A stretch of DNA of 64,000 nucleotides from Phycisphaerales bacterium. GTDB lineage: Bacteria; Planctomycetota; Phycisphaerae; Phycisphaerales; UBA1924. Position numbers and translations under genes: made by a program. The stretch spans positions 37,074-101,073 of the forward strand of contig DAIQNV010000002.1 in the NCBI GenBank assembly GCA_036788215.1, given 5' to 3'. This document shows, in pieces, positions 17,443 through 27,259 of the stretch. The stretch's first letter is position 1. The number at the start of each line of letters is the position of its first letter. The notes below the pieces were generated by a model, which was given only the letters and a program-made list of their open reading frames with translations, was not told where the DNA came from and did not search any database.

Positions 17443-19281
17443 TCAGTCGTCGTCCTCGGTCTCATCCCACGGTTGGCCCAGCCACGCCTCGAACACCGCC
17501 CGCTGCAGTTCAGTCGGGTTGTCGACCCGCCCGAGCTCGTAGTCGCCATAGGGCGATCCCGCGAGGGCAAGCGTCACGGTCCGCAGGCGATCGTGATGGA
17601 AGTAGGTCAGCGTGATCTCATCGCCCGGCGCGTGTTCCTCAACGAGAGCGTTCAGATCCCCCGTGCCGATCCGCCGGCTCTCGATGGCGACCAGCCGATC
17701 CCCCGCGACCAGGCCCGACCCGAACGCGGGCCCCGCCTCGTCGATGGACGCGACGATGCGCTCCCCGTTCTCCGTGCGGGTGGAAATGCCGAGGTAGGGC
17801 TCCCCGTCGGCTTCGTAGGTCAACTCGAGCCCCGCCACCAGCAACGCGTCCTCGAGCGGCAGGGGCACCGTGCCATCGATGTGGTCGGCGAACCACCGAT
17901 CGAGGTTCGTTCCCGCGACATCGGAAGCGACCCTCCGGAAGTCCTCGGGCGTGTACCCGCCCCGCGTCCAGGGGAAACGCTCGTTCATGCCCCGCATGAC
18001 ATCATCAAGCGACCGCGCATTGCCCGTGAGTTCGCGGATGCGAAGATCGAGGCAGAGCGCGGCGAGGGCGCCCCGCCCGTAGAAGTTGACCATGACGTTG
18101 TTGCGGTCGGCGTGGCGCTGCAGCGCAAAGAGATGGATCCACGCGTCCCATGACGATTCGGACAGGCTCTGGCGGTTGCGGGCGAACTTGTTCCGCGTGG
18201 CCCCGACGCCGGAAACGATGCGCCCGAGATACTTGTCGACCTTCATCTGGCCGGTCCGGGCGAGCGTGAGGTCGTCGTAGTAGCTCGTGATGCCCTCGAC
18301 GATCCAGAGATCGGGCGTGTAGTTCTCGTGCACGAAGTCGTAGGGCGTGATGCCGGCGGGGCGGAAGTTCTTGACGTTCCATGTGTGAAAGAGCTCGTGC
18401 GCAACCAGGCTCAGGAAACCGACGTAGCGGTCCTCGTCCGCGAAGACACCGGGGCGCGTCTGCATGATCGTGGAATTCAGGTGCTCCGTCCCGCCACCGG
18501 CGCCGGGGTAGATGTGGACCATGTAGACATACCGGTCGTAGGGCGCCGATCCGAACATCGCGATCTGCTCGTCGGTGATCTTCTTGAAGTCCTCGACGAG
18601 TTCCTCGGGGTCGTACCCGAGCGCCTCGGGAGAGTTGCTCTCAGGATCAGCCCAGATGGTAATCTCGTGCGGGATGCCATGGGACTCGAAGCGGTAGATG
18701 TCGAGGTCGCCCATCTCGAAGGGCGAGTCCGCGAGCACATCGTACGACGGGCTCAGCCACGCATCGGGCACCGCCCCGTCGGGCTCGAGCCCCGTCGCGA
18801 TCACCCAGCCCGCCGGCACGTCCGCGATGCGGACGCGGTGCGGCTCGTTCCGCGTGGGCTCGTTGTAGACGAGCACCGCCGACGCATCGAAGAAGCAGTG
18901 CGTCGCATCGAGATAGCGGGTGCGGTCGTTCCGGGCGTCGGCGAAGACCGCGTACTCAAGCGTCACGGGCCCCGGCTCACTCGCCTCGACACGCCAGGTC
19001 GTCTTGTCGGTCTTCCGAACGGGCAGCGGATCGCCCGCGCCGTCCCGGGCCCGCACATCGCGGACCGTTGAGGCAAAGTCGAGGATCACATAGCGACCGG
19101 ATCGCCACGTCGGCAGCGTGAAGTCGACCGGGCCGGTGGAAGCCCGGTCGAGGGTCGCCTCCACACGGATCAACTGGGCGGGCGCATCCCGGAGGGAGAC
19201 CGCGTAGTCGATCGCGACCGGCTGCGCGTGCGCACACGCCGGGAGGAAGAGGAGGACGAGGGCAAGGGTGGCTTGGCGCAA
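17443..19281 (-). CDS. M61 family metallopeptidase with C-terminal PDZ domain (secreted)
   Basis: HELFHTWNVK HExxH motif, M61-like architecture and a C-terminal PDZ-like segment (GLVAGDRLVAIESRRI). Signal peptide MRQATLALVLLFLPACAHA. TTG start. Confidence 0.8.
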   Translation of the reverse strand: MRQATLALVLLFLPACAHAQPVAIDYAVSLRDAPAQLIRVEATLDRASTGPVDFTLPTWRSGRYVILDFASTVRDVRARDGAGDPLPVRKTDKTTWRVEASEPGPVTLEYAVFADARNDRTRYLDATHCFFDASAVLVYNEPTRNEPHRVRIADVPAGWVIATGLEPDGAVPDAWLSPSYDVLADSPFEMGDLDIYRFESHGIPHEITIWADPESNSPEALGYDPEELVEDFKKITDEQIAMFGSAPYDRYVYMVHIYPGAGGGTEHLNSTIMQTRPGVFADEDRYVGFLSLVAHELFHTWNVKNFRPAGITPYDFVHENYTPDLWIVEGITSYYDDLTLARTGQMKVDKYLGRIVSGVGATRNKFARNRQSLSESSWDAWIHLFALQRHADRNNVMVNFYGRGALAALCLDLRIRELTGNARSLDDVMRGMNERFPWTRGGYTPEDFRRVASDVAGTNLDRWFADHIDGTVPLPLEDALLVAGLELTYEADGEPYLGISTRTENGERIVASIDEAGPAFGSGLVAGDRLVAIESRRIGTGDLNALVEEHAPGDEITLTYFHHDRLRTVTLALAGSPYGDYELGRVDNPTELQRAVFEAWLGQPWDETEDDD

Positions 19282-19380
19282 GGGGGGCTCCGTGGGGTCG
19301 GTGGGGTCCGTGGGTGCGCGCGAACACGCCGAGGGTACAGCCCTCGGCGTGCGCGTGGCAAGCGGGATGTCGGCGTGCCG

Positions 19381-22356
19381 TTACGGGCAGCCGGCGGTGA
19401 AGGCGGCGAGGAACGCCGAGATGTCCGCGAAGGTGAACGACCCGATCGGGTCCGCGAGGTCAGCCGCGGCATCAGCGGAGCTGAAGGCTGCGAGGAAGGC
19501 GGAGATGTCCGCGAAGGTCAGGCTGTTGAAGGGCTGCGCGAGGTCCGCGGGGTTGCAACCGAGGACGGGGTCGACGCACGAGAACTTGGTGGCCCGGAAG
19601 TTGTCGATGCCCGCCTCGACGACGCCTCCGGGATCGGGGTCGGCCGCGATGAAGCGGACGCGGATCCGGTCGGTGGCGAGGGCCGGTACGACATCGATCG
19701 TGTAGGTGCGCCAGGCCGATTGCGTGCTCGTGATGGTGTCGACGGGGATCCAGTTCGCGCCGCCGGTGGTGGAGATGTCGAACGAGAGCGCATCACCGGG
19801 GGCGTTGTTGAATCCGTCGTACCAGTAGTCGAAGGAGATCGTGCCTCCGCCGGTCATGTCGATGAGGGGGCTGGTGAGGACGGTGGAGCCCCCGTCGACA
19901 TCCTCGTTCGGGGTGTTGCCGGTGACGAAGCACTGGCCGGACCCGTCGGAGTCGGTCGGCGGGTCGTTGCGCCCGAAGTTGCCCGGGACGCCCCGCTCCC
20001 AGGCCCCGGTCGCCGGGTTGCCGGAGACCACCCAGCCCTGATCGGTCTGGAAATTGTCGGCGAACGGCTCGATGAACTCGCCGATCGCCGCGGTGTAGGC
20101 GGCGGAGGGCGCATCCTCCGGGAGGGTGATCGTGGTCCCCTCGACGGTGGAGGCCCGAATGTAGTACTCGAAGGTGTCATCGCACGCGAACGCCGGCAGC
20201 ATCGCGTCGTAGTCGGTCCCGGAAACGAGGGTCAGAGGCGAAGCCTGGAACGCCCCCCCGTTCCGCCGGACGAAGAGCGTGGGCGAGGCCGGGTCGAGGC
20301 TCTCGACGCCCTCGACGAATCGCACGCGGACGCCGGTCTGCACGCCGGGATCGACGAAGTCCGGGCGACCATTCGGGAAATCGCCTGAGAGCGCAACCAC
20401 CGTCAGCGTGAAGTTCCCGGGGTTGACGTCGAAGAAGACATTGTTGGTGGGCTCGACCTTGATGCGAGCCGCCGAGGTGCTGATTGCGGGGAAGGTGACA
20501 AACTGCGAGCCGTCGTTCGGCGTGTTGGAGGCGAGGGTGATGGGGAACGTCTGCCCGCCATCGGTGGACAGCAGGATGTTCACCGACGACGCGTTGATGG
20601 GCGCCGCGTTGGTGCCGTTGACGGTCCAGGTCACGGTCGTGCCCCCGCCGAGGTCGGCGCCGGCAGCGGGCGCGGTGACATCGAAGGGCCCGGCGGAGCC
20701 GACGACGTTGAGGACGACATCATCGGTCGCGATGCCCCCCCGCCCGTCGCGGGCGACCACGCGGAAGTCCATGGCCCGCCCGAGCGTGGGAAGCTTCTCG
20801 CGGATGTTAGAGACATTGTTCAGCGTGTTGGAGAGCTGCGGGAAGAAGCGGAAGGGCTCCGTGGTCGGATCGAAGGACCTGAACAGCGGGCTGGACCCGT
20901 TATCTGCGGAGCTGAGGGCGACCGCCGGCCCGAGGTCCCGCTGCTCCCACGCGTAGGTGAGGCCGTCCCCGTTGGGATCGGACCCCGACGCGGTGAGAAC
21001 GAAGGGCGTCCGCGTCGGGATGGAACGGTCCGGACCCGCGCTCACGACCGGATCCGCGTTCCCGGTGCCGGTGATCGTGGCGCAGGAGTTGGCAAACCCG
21101 GTGACCAGGTTGCGGATCTCGCTGATGCTGATGGAGTGGAAGTGGGTATCCGAGACGTTCTGGACGTTGTCCGAGCCGCAGATGCCGGCGTAGGCCATGA
21201 TCGTGTTGCCCGACCCGGGCTCGTAGGCGGTGGAGCCGTTGCGGTTGCCACCGGAGCACGACCCGTTGACCCCGTTGAAGGTGTGGTTGGCCCCGAACTG
21301 GTGCCCCATCTCGTGGGCCACGTAGTCGACGTAGAACACGTCACCGATCGGGCTGTTCAGCCCGGTGAGCCCGCGGCCCTTCGACGACCCGCAGACCACC
21401 CCGAGCCCCGCGACGCCGCCGCCGGAGGTCTGGAAGAGGTGGCCGATGTCGTAGGCCCCTGAGCCGATAACGCTGTTGATGACGCCGGTGATGTTGTTCA
21501 GGTCGCCGGAGTTGTTGGACCACGGATCGGTGCTGGGGTTGGTGTAGATCAGCAGGTCGTTGTTCGCGACGAGCTGCAGGCGGACCGAGACGTCCGTCTC
21601 GTAGATCCCGGTGACGCGGTTCATCGCGGTCACGACCGCCGCAAGGCCCGAGGACACGGTGCCGCCGTGGAACTGGGTGTAGTTCCCGGTGACCGCGACC
21701 GCCGCACGATAGGTCCGGAGCTGCTCACCGATGAGCAGGCTGTTCTGAGTCGGCGCGATCGCGTCGAGAACCGCCGCCGGGGCGTGCTCGTGGAACTGGC
21801 AGGACCACTCCACCGGGCGGGAGTAGTCACGCCGGTAGTAGCTCGTGTGCAGCGTGCTGTCATCAGCGCTGTAGCGGTCGATGTACCACGAGCCGTTGGG
21901 CGTCCGCACCTGCGCGTCGAAGCCCGAGGGCGTCTTGGTCAGCCTTGCGGTCGCGTGGGGGTCATCGATCCCGTAGGCGACGTAGGTCCGGATGTCGGGG
22001 TAGCGGGCCTGAAGCTCGGGCGCCATGACAGGAGCCTCGACGACCCGGAATGCCTGCGTGTTCCCATCGGGGTCGGGCAGTTCGAGGATCAGCGCGTCGA
22101 CCGGGCGGCCCGGGACCCGCTCCATCGGCGCGCGGGCGAGCGCCGCCCGCATAGCCGCGGGGTCGATCCGGACCGCGCGGAACGCCTGCGGGCGGACCCA
22201 AGGCTCCGCCGCCTCGTCCGCAGCCCCGATCGCCTCCACCGGGCGGAAAAACCCCGCGGGAGCCGCAACATCGGCACCAGCCGCGTGGAATGACGCGACC
22301 AGGCCGACACACGCCGCAACCACGCGGCTTCTCAAGTGGCATGCACGCACGGACAT
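19381..22356 (-). CDS. Secreted reprolysin-like (M12B-type) zinc metalloprotease with C-terminal GC-type dockerin-like repeats
   Basis: HEMGHQFGANHTF zinc-binding motif, signal peptide and multiple beta-rich domains. C-terminus is GCNPADL...FADISAFLAAF...FADISAFLAAFTAGCP. Confidence 0.85.
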   Translation of the reverse strand: MSVRACHLRSRVVAACVGLVASFHAAGADVAAPAGFFRPVEAIGAADEAAEPWVRPQAFRAVRIDPAAMRAALARAPMERVPGRPVDALILELPDPDGNTQAFRVVEAPVMAPELQARYPDIRTYVAYGIDDPHATARLTKTPSGFDAQVRTPNGSWYIDRYSADDSTLHTSYYRRDYSRPVEWSCQFHEHAPAAVLDAIAPTQNSLLIGEQLRTYRAAVAVTGNYTQFHGGTVSSGLAAVVTAMNRVTGIYETDVSVRLQLVANNDLLIYTNPSTDPWSNNSGDLNNITGVINSVIGSGAYDIGHLFQTSGGGVAGLGVVCGSSKGRGLTGLNSPIGDVFYVDYVAHEMGHQFGANHTFNGVNGSCSGGNRNGSTAYEPGSGNTIMAYAGICGSDNVQNVSDTHFHSISISEIRNLVTGFANSCATITGTGNADPVVSAGPDRSIPTRTPFVLTASGSDPNGDGLTYAWEQRDLGPAVALSSADNGSSPLFRSFDPTTEPFRFFPQLSNTLNNVSNIREKLPTLGRAMDFRVVARDGRGGIATDDVVLNVVGSAGPFDVTAPAAGADLGGGTTVTWTVNGTNAAPINASSVNILLSTDGGQTFPITLASNTPNDGSQFVTFPAISTSAARIKVEPTNNVFFDVNPGNFTLTVVALSGDFPNGRPDFVDPGVQTGVRVRFVEGVESLDPASPTLFVRRNGGAFQASPLTLVSGTDYDAMLPAFACDDTFEYYIRASTVEGTTITLPEDAPSAAYTAAIGEFIEPFADNFQTDQGWVVSGNPATGAWERGVPGNFGRNDPPTDSDGSGQCFVTGNTPNEDVDGGSTVLTSPLIDMTGGGTISFDYWYDGFNNAPGDALSFDISTTGGANWIPVDTITSTQSAWRTYTIDVVPALATDRIRVRFIAADPDPGGVVEAGIDNFRATKFSCVDPVLGCNPADLAQPFNSLTFADISAFLAAFSSADAAADLADPIGSFTFADISAFLAAFTAGCP
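19384..19560 (-). repeat. Tandem about 20-aa dockerin-like repeat (xFADISAFLAAF, two copies) bracketed by Cys residues
   Basis: The peptide LTFADISAFLAAFSS and the peptide FTFADISAFLAAFTA are encoded by near-identical DNA (GAnGCnGAGATGTCCGCGAAGGT on the plus strand at about 19411-19440 and 19498-19525). Confidence 0.6.
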
Positions 22357-22514
22357 CCCCTTCTCGATTTTCGGGTTGTGTCAGCACAATCCCGCAGAGG
22401 TCTTCCCGAGCCGGGCCCCACGAGACCCGGGACGGGCAAGGTACCCGGGATCGGGCCCGAAGGGAAGCCCGACGCCGCCACAAGCCACCCGGGCGCGGGG
22501 GTCGTAGGGCTCGA

Positions 22515-24095
22515 TCACGAGACGCCGCCAACGCCGAACCGTTTCCGGAGCTTCGCGGCGCTGGCGGTGATCTCCACGCGCTCCTCGTTCTTGATGCGGT
22601 CGGCGTTCTTCAGCATCATCGCCATGCGGTTATTGCCCTTGAACCGCTCCCCGTGGCGGAACAGGAAGTCCCAGAAGAACACGTTGAACGGGCACGCGTC
22701 GTCGCCGGAGCGGGCGTCGAGCTTGTACCGGCAGTTCTCGCAGTAGTTCGACATGCGGGAGATGTACTTGCCCGACGCGGCGTAGGGCTTCGTGCCCACG
22801 ACCCCGTGGTCGGCGTGCTGGGACATGCCGATGGTGTTCGGGTTGCTCGCCCAGTCGACCGCATCAACGAACATCGCCAGGTACCAGTCGGCGACCCGGC
22901 GCGGATGCACGCCCGCGAGCATCGCGAAGTTACCCATCACCATCAGGCGCGGGATGTGGTGGGCGAAGCCATGATCGAGCACGGACCGCACGCAGTCCCG
23001 CATGCACGCCATGTCGGTATCCGCGGTCCAGTAGAACCCGGGCAGGTCACCCTGCTGCCCGAGCCCGTTGCGGTTCGGGTAGTCATCCCCCTGCGTCCAG
23101 TACACGCCCCGGATGAACTCCCGCCACCCCAGCCACTGGCGCACGAAGCCCTCGACCGCGTTCAGCGGAGCCTTTCCTGCGTGGTACGCCCCGACCGCCT
23201 TCTCGACGCAGTCCCGCGGATCGAGCAACTTCAGATTGCCCGAGGAACTGAGCAGCGAGTGGTAAAGGAAGGGCTGCTCGGTCCACATCGCGTCCTCGTA
23301 CTTCCCGAAGAGACGCAGGCGATGCTCGACAAAGTCATCCAGGGCCCGCCCCGCCTGGTCCCGCGTCACGGGCCAGCGGAAGCCATCGAGCGACCCATGG
23401 CTGTCCGGGTACCGCGAGGCAACGAGGTCGAGGACCTCCTTCGTGATGTCCGTGAGACGGGGCGTGTAGGGCTTCGGCGGGTTCGGCGTGGTCTTGAACG
23501 CGTCCCGGTTGTCCTTGTCAAAGTTCCACCCGCCACCGACCGGCGTCTTCCCGTCCTCCTCCATCAGCACGCCGAACCGCTTGCGCTGCTCGCGGTAGAA
23601 GAACTCCATCGTGAGCTGCTTTCGGCCCTTTGCCCACGTCTCGAACCGCTCGAGAGGCGTAAAGAAGTGCGCATCCTCGTGCACACGCACCGGGATGCCG
23701 AACTCGCCCTCCCAGGCCTGCACCATCTTGAGAACGCGCCAGTCGCCCGGATGAACGCAGTGGATCTCCTCGGGCCGCAGCTTCCCGACCGCTCGCCTGA
23801 CCTCGCTGTCGAAACGCTGCGTGTTGTAGGGGTCGTTCGCCGTGACATACCGGACGCGGTGCCCCGTCTCCGCGAGGTCGACCGCGAAGTGCCGCATCGC
23901 CGCGAAGAAGAGCGCGGTCCGCTGCCTGTGCGAGGGCACGACGGACTGCTCCTCGTCCGTCTCCATCATCAGCACGGCGTCCTTCGCCTTGTCGATCTCC
24001 GCGAGGGGCCCGAACGACCCGTCGAGCTGATCTCCGAAGACGACCACCAGTCGCCGGGCCTTCCGCGTGTCGTTCAGGGGTGGGAAAGCGGCCAT
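22515..24095 (-). CDS. Fe-S cluster-containing bacterial cryptochrome/(6-4) photolyase family protein (FeS-BCP, PhrB/CryB-like)
   Basis: COG3046-type N-terminus RRLVVVFGDQLD...AVLMMETDEE...HRQRTALFFAAMRHFA. Four-Cys pattern C...CENC-x12-C (NYCENCRYKLDARSGDDACPFN) characteristic of the 4Fe-4S photolyases. Confidence 0.9.
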   Translation of the reverse strand: MAAFPPLNDTRKARRLVVVFGDQLDGSFGPLAEIDKAKDAVLMMETDEEQSVVPSHRQRTALFFAAMRHFAVDLAETGHRVRYVTANDPYNTQRFDSEVRRAVGKLRPEEIHCVHPGDWRVLKMVQAWEGEFGIPVRVHEDAHFFTPLERFETWAKGRKQLTMEFFYREQRKRFGVLMEEDGKTPVGGGWNFDKDNRDAFKTTPNPPKPYTPRLTDITKEVLDLVASRYPDSHGSLDGFRWPVTRDQAGRALDDFVEHRLRLFGKYEDAMWTEQPFLYHSLLSSSGNLKLLDPRDCVEKAVGAYHAGKAPLNAVEGFVRQWLGWREFIRGVYWTQGDDYPNRNGLGQQGDLPGFYWTADTDMACMRDCVRSVLDHGFAHHIPRLMVMGNFAMLAGVHPRRVADWYLAMFVDAVDWASNPNTIGMSQHADHGVVGTKPYAASGKYISRMSNYCENCRYKLDARSGDDACPFNVFFWDFLFRHGERFKGNNRMAMMLKNADRIKNEERVEITASAAKLRKRFGVGGVS

Positions 24096-24096
24096 G

Positions 24097-24570
24097 TCAC
24101 GCGTCCACGCTCTGCGCCGCCGCCCGCGCGATCAGCAAAGCCACAACCGCCTTCGCCGTCCACGCGAGCGTACGGGGCCAGTTGATCGCGACGAGCCGAC
24201 GGTGCGTTTCCGCGTCGAACCCCGCCCCCAGCCGCGCGTGCAGGGGCACGGCGCCGAAGAACGTCAACGCCCACACCGCCGCCAGCAGCGTCGCGTTGGC
24301 GACCAGCAGGCCCACCGGCAGACCGGCCGGGCGGGCGAGCAGCAGGAGCACCGCCAGCGCCGCCTCTGTCAGCATCAGCGGCGCCACGATGATCGTCGTG
24401 CGCGACTGGTGGATCGTCTCGTACGCCGCGAACGCCTCCGACCCCACCCGCGCAAAGAGCGGATAGTGCACCACCTGCACGAACCACACCAGCCCGCACA
24501 TCAGCAGCGTCGCGAAGGCGTGCACCCACGCCGCCGCCTCCGCAGTCTGGCTGTTCACGAGGTCGCTCAT
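24097..24570 (-). CDS. Small integral membrane protein (DUF1772/anthrone-oxygenase-like)
   Basis: 157 aa with four predicted TM helices and a VVHYPLFARV motif. There is a 1-nt gap to the photolyase start and an ATGA overlap with the upstream gene. Confidence 0.55.
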   Translation of the reverse strand: MSDLVNSQTAEAAAWVHAFATLLMCGLVWFVQVVHYPLFARVGSEAFAAYETIHQSRTTIIVAPLMLTEAALAVLLLLARPAGLPVGLLVANATLLAAVWALTFFGAVPLHARLGAGFDAETHRRLVAINWPRTLAWTAKAVVALLIARAAAQSVDA

Positions 24571-25571
24571 GCGGGTGAGGGAGTCCGCGCGGGCGCCGCT
24601 GAGGCCCCGGCGAGTTCGCAGTAGTCGGGCCGGTCCGCCGCGGTGGTGTGCGCATACGCCCGGACGATCTTCTCATCACGCACCAGGAACGCCCCGGGCA
24701 TCTGGAACCCATCCCCCTCCAGTCTGCCCACCAGGTGCCCACGCAGCGTCGCCGCGAACCCACGCGCCCACACCCGAGGCCCAAAGAGCTGTGCCCACGA
24801 CCCCCGCGCCAGATCAAAGCTGCGGTACAGCCGACGACCCGGGTCCGCGATGTGCGCCGTCCCCGAGAGCCCGTACCGCCCCAGCACATCCTCGAACTCG
24901 TTGGGATCCGACATGTGCACCAACGCCAGCCGCGTCCCGGCAGCATCCAGGGCAGGCTTCACCCGCGCCAGATCCGCGAGCGCCTCCTTGCAGAAGGTGC
25001 ACCCCGCGTGACGCAGGAAGACGACCAGCGTCGGCGCCCCGCGCGACAGTTCCGCCAGGCTCGCCCCATCCCGCGCCCGCGCCTCCCGCATCGCGCTGGC
25101 GGGGTCCGTCCCCTCAGCCGCCCCACCACCCGTGTTCGCCCTCAACGCCCCGAGCAGCATCGCCCCGAACGGGATCCACCAGATCAGGTCGTTCGTCGGA
25201 ATCGTGACGCCAAACTCCGCGGGCACCACCGCCACGAACGGGAGAGACGACAACCCAAGCCACCCCGCCACCACGCCCGACGCGTACCCGATCGGCCCGA
25301 AAAGCTTGCCCAGAAACCCGACGAGCACGATCGGCCAATGCCGAAACGGATCGCCTGCAGCGATCCAGTACCCCACGCCGTACACGCCGACGATCATGCC
25401 GACGCACTGCCAGATGAAGGGATACACAGGCTCCGCGAGCCCCGTCAGGTGAAACAGCCACGCCGGGTACAGAACCGTCAGCAGGCCCCAGATCACGTTG
25501 TACACCGCCGCTGCCCGCAGCCATCCGGTCATCCACGTCGGAGCGGTGTTGTCGTCGAGTACCAGCTTCAT
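24567..25571 (-). CDS. Fusion of an N-terminal membrane domain and a C-terminal thioredoxin-fold (AhpC/TSA, peroxiredoxin-like) domain
   Basis: N-terminal about 150 aa are hydrophobic (4 TM). The C-terminus has LVVFLRHAGCTFCKEALADL (CxxC) and GAFLVRDEKIV, typical of peroxiredoxin-like/SelL-related redox proteins. Confidence 0.7.
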   Translation of the reverse strand: MKLVLDDNTAPTWMTGWLRAAAVYNVIWGLLTVLYPAWLFHLTGLAEPVYPFIWQCVGMIVGVYGVGYWIAAGDPFRHWPIVLVGFLGKLFGPIGYASGVVAGWLGLSSLPFVAVVPAEFGVTIPTNDLIWWIPFGAMLLGALRANTGGGAAEGTDPASAMREARARDGASLAELSRGAPTLVVFLRHAGCTFCKEALADLARVKPALDAAGTRLALVHMSDPNEFEDVLGRYGLSGTAHIADPGRRLYRSFDLARGSWAQLFGPRVWARGFAATLRGHLVGRLEGDGFQMPGAFLVRDEKIVRAYAHTTAADRPDYCELAGASAAPARTPSPA

Positions 25572-25604
25572 GGCGTCTTCATCGGCCTCGCGGGGCGGGC
25601 AGGG

Positions 25605-26360
25605 TCAGCCCTTGCCCTTGATCGCGGCAAGGCCGCCGTCCACGCCGATCACCTGGCCCGTCACCCAACTCGACTCCGGGCCCAGCAGCCAGTCGATCGC
25701 CGGGGCGGTGTCCTCGGGACGCCCGAGCCGCCCGAGGGGGTGCAGGGCCTCGCTCGCCTTCCGGGCCTGGTCGCTCGAGGTCAGCCGCTCCGCCATGGGC
25801 GTATCGACCAGCCCCGGCGCGATGCAGTTGACCCGCACGCCCGAGGGCGCCAGGCTCGCCGCCGCCGACTGCGAGAGCGCGATCACCGCGCCCTTCGCCG
25901 CCGCGATCACCTCGTGGCTCACGAGCCCCGTCCGCGCCGCGCAGCTGGAGATCAGCACGAGACTCCCCGAGCCCGCCTTCCGCATGGGCTTGCTCGCCGC
26001 CCGCACCAGCGCCATCGCGGTCTTCACATTCAGGTCCATCGTCTGCTGGTAATCCGCCTCGGAGACGGTGTGCACCGGCTTGATCACAATCGACCCCGCC
26101 ATGTTCACCGCGCCATCGAGCCTGCCGAAGTCCTCGACCACCGACTGCACAAGCCCATCAACCGCGTCAAAGCTGCTCGCGTCGCAGACCCGCGTCTCGG
26201 CGCCCGTCTCCGACGCATACGCCTTCAGACGCCCCTCGTCCCGCGACGCCGCGATGACGCGGGCCCCTCGCGCGAGCAGCCTCCTCGTCAGGGCGGTCCC
26301 CTGGCCACCGGCGCCGCCGATGAGCAGATAAACGGGTGCAGAATCAGATGCTTCGGACAT
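25605..26360 (-). CDS. SDR family oxidoreductase
   Basis: LLIGGAGGQGTAL Rossmann motif plus NMAGS and the S...K catalytic region. Start moved to the ATG at 26360, which is preceded by GGAGG. Confidence 0.85.
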   Translation of the reverse strand: MSEASDSAPVYLLIGGAGGQGTALTRRLLARGARVIAASRDEGRLKAYASETGAETRVCDASSFDAVDGLVQSVVEDFGRLDGAVNMAGSIVIKPVHTVSEADYQQTMDLNVKTAMALVRAASKPMRKAGSGSLVLISSCAARTGLVSHEVIAAAKGAVIALSQSAAASLAPSGVRVNCIAPGLVDTPMAERLTSSDQARKASEALHPLGRLGRPEDTAPAIDWLLGPESSWVTGQVIGVDGGLAAIKGKG

Positions 26361-26443
26361 GGATACCTCCGGGTCCGTACCGGTTCGGGTCGACACCGAC
26401 GCCCGATGCGGCCCCACCGCCCACCGACGGGATGAATCCCGGC

Positions 26444-27091
26444 TCAGGCCTCCAGATCGTCCTGCGGGAGCAAAGCGTCCGGCTGCTTGCCCATGGGCCC
26501 GAACCAGACCATGCAGAACAGGGGCCACGCCAGCCCGACCACCAGCCCCGCCCCGATCCCGAGAAGGCCCGTCACCCCCGAACCCGCACGCTGCTGCTCG
26601 ACCTGCTCGCGGATCGCCTCGCCAAACTCTGTGTCGCCATGCTGCTCCAGCCAGGCGTCCATCGCCTTCTCCTGCTCCACCTGGCCGTGCAGTTGGGCGT
26701 ACACGCCGAACCCCGTCGCCAGCACCGCCGCGAGCGCGTAGACGATGTGCAGCGACCGCCCGTTCGCGAGACGGCGCAGCGTCTGCACACCCGCCACGAC
26801 CAGCAGGATGTTCAGCCCGAGGCTGAGCGCGATCGACACCATCAGGATCGCATCCACCGGCGGGCTGAAGGGCGGAGGCGGCGCATCACCAAGCTGCGGC
26901 CCCATAACGGCCTCCATGATCGGCTCCGAGGCAAACGCAAGCCCGGACCCGACGACCCCGCAGAAGAGCGACAGGCTCGCGAAGACGATGCTCAGGATCC
27001 CCACCACCTTGGGCCATCCGGGCCGGTCGGCCTCGAGCTCAGGGTCCGCGTGGTCGTCGGTCACCAGATATCCGTCCGCGTCGTAAGGCAT
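26444..27091 (-). CDS. Hypothetical integral membrane protein
   Basis: About 215 aa with four predicted TM segments (VVGILSIVFASLSLFCGVVG, ILMVSIALSLGLNILLVVAGV, and others). ATG at 27091. Confidence 0.55.
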   Translation of the reverse strand: MPYDADGYLVTDDHADPELEADRPGWPKVVGILSIVFASLSLFCGVVGSGLAFASEPIMEAVMGPQLGDAPPPPFSPPVDAILMVSIALSLGLNILLVVAGVQTLRRLANGRSLHIVYALAAVLATGFGVYAQLHGQVEQEKAMDAWLEQHGDTEFGEAIREQVEQQRAGSGVTGLLGIGAGLVVGLAWPLFCMVWFGPMGKQPDALLPQDDLEA

Positions 27092-27259
27092 GGTCTTCCC
27101 CAAGTTGACGGGAGCCGGGGCGAACCAGCCCGCCCAGGGCGTGGTTGTTCACGCCCTCGCAGCATAAATCATTGATCCGCTGGCCGTTGACGCGTCAGGC
27201 CCCATCATGGAGTGCCAGAGATCCCACGAGCATATTCGCCTTCCGAAAGGGTTCATTTC

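Noticed and set aside
22290-24185. 631-aa plus-strand ORF
   Set aside because: It is antisense to the FeS-BCP photolyase gene, which has unambiguous family motifs.
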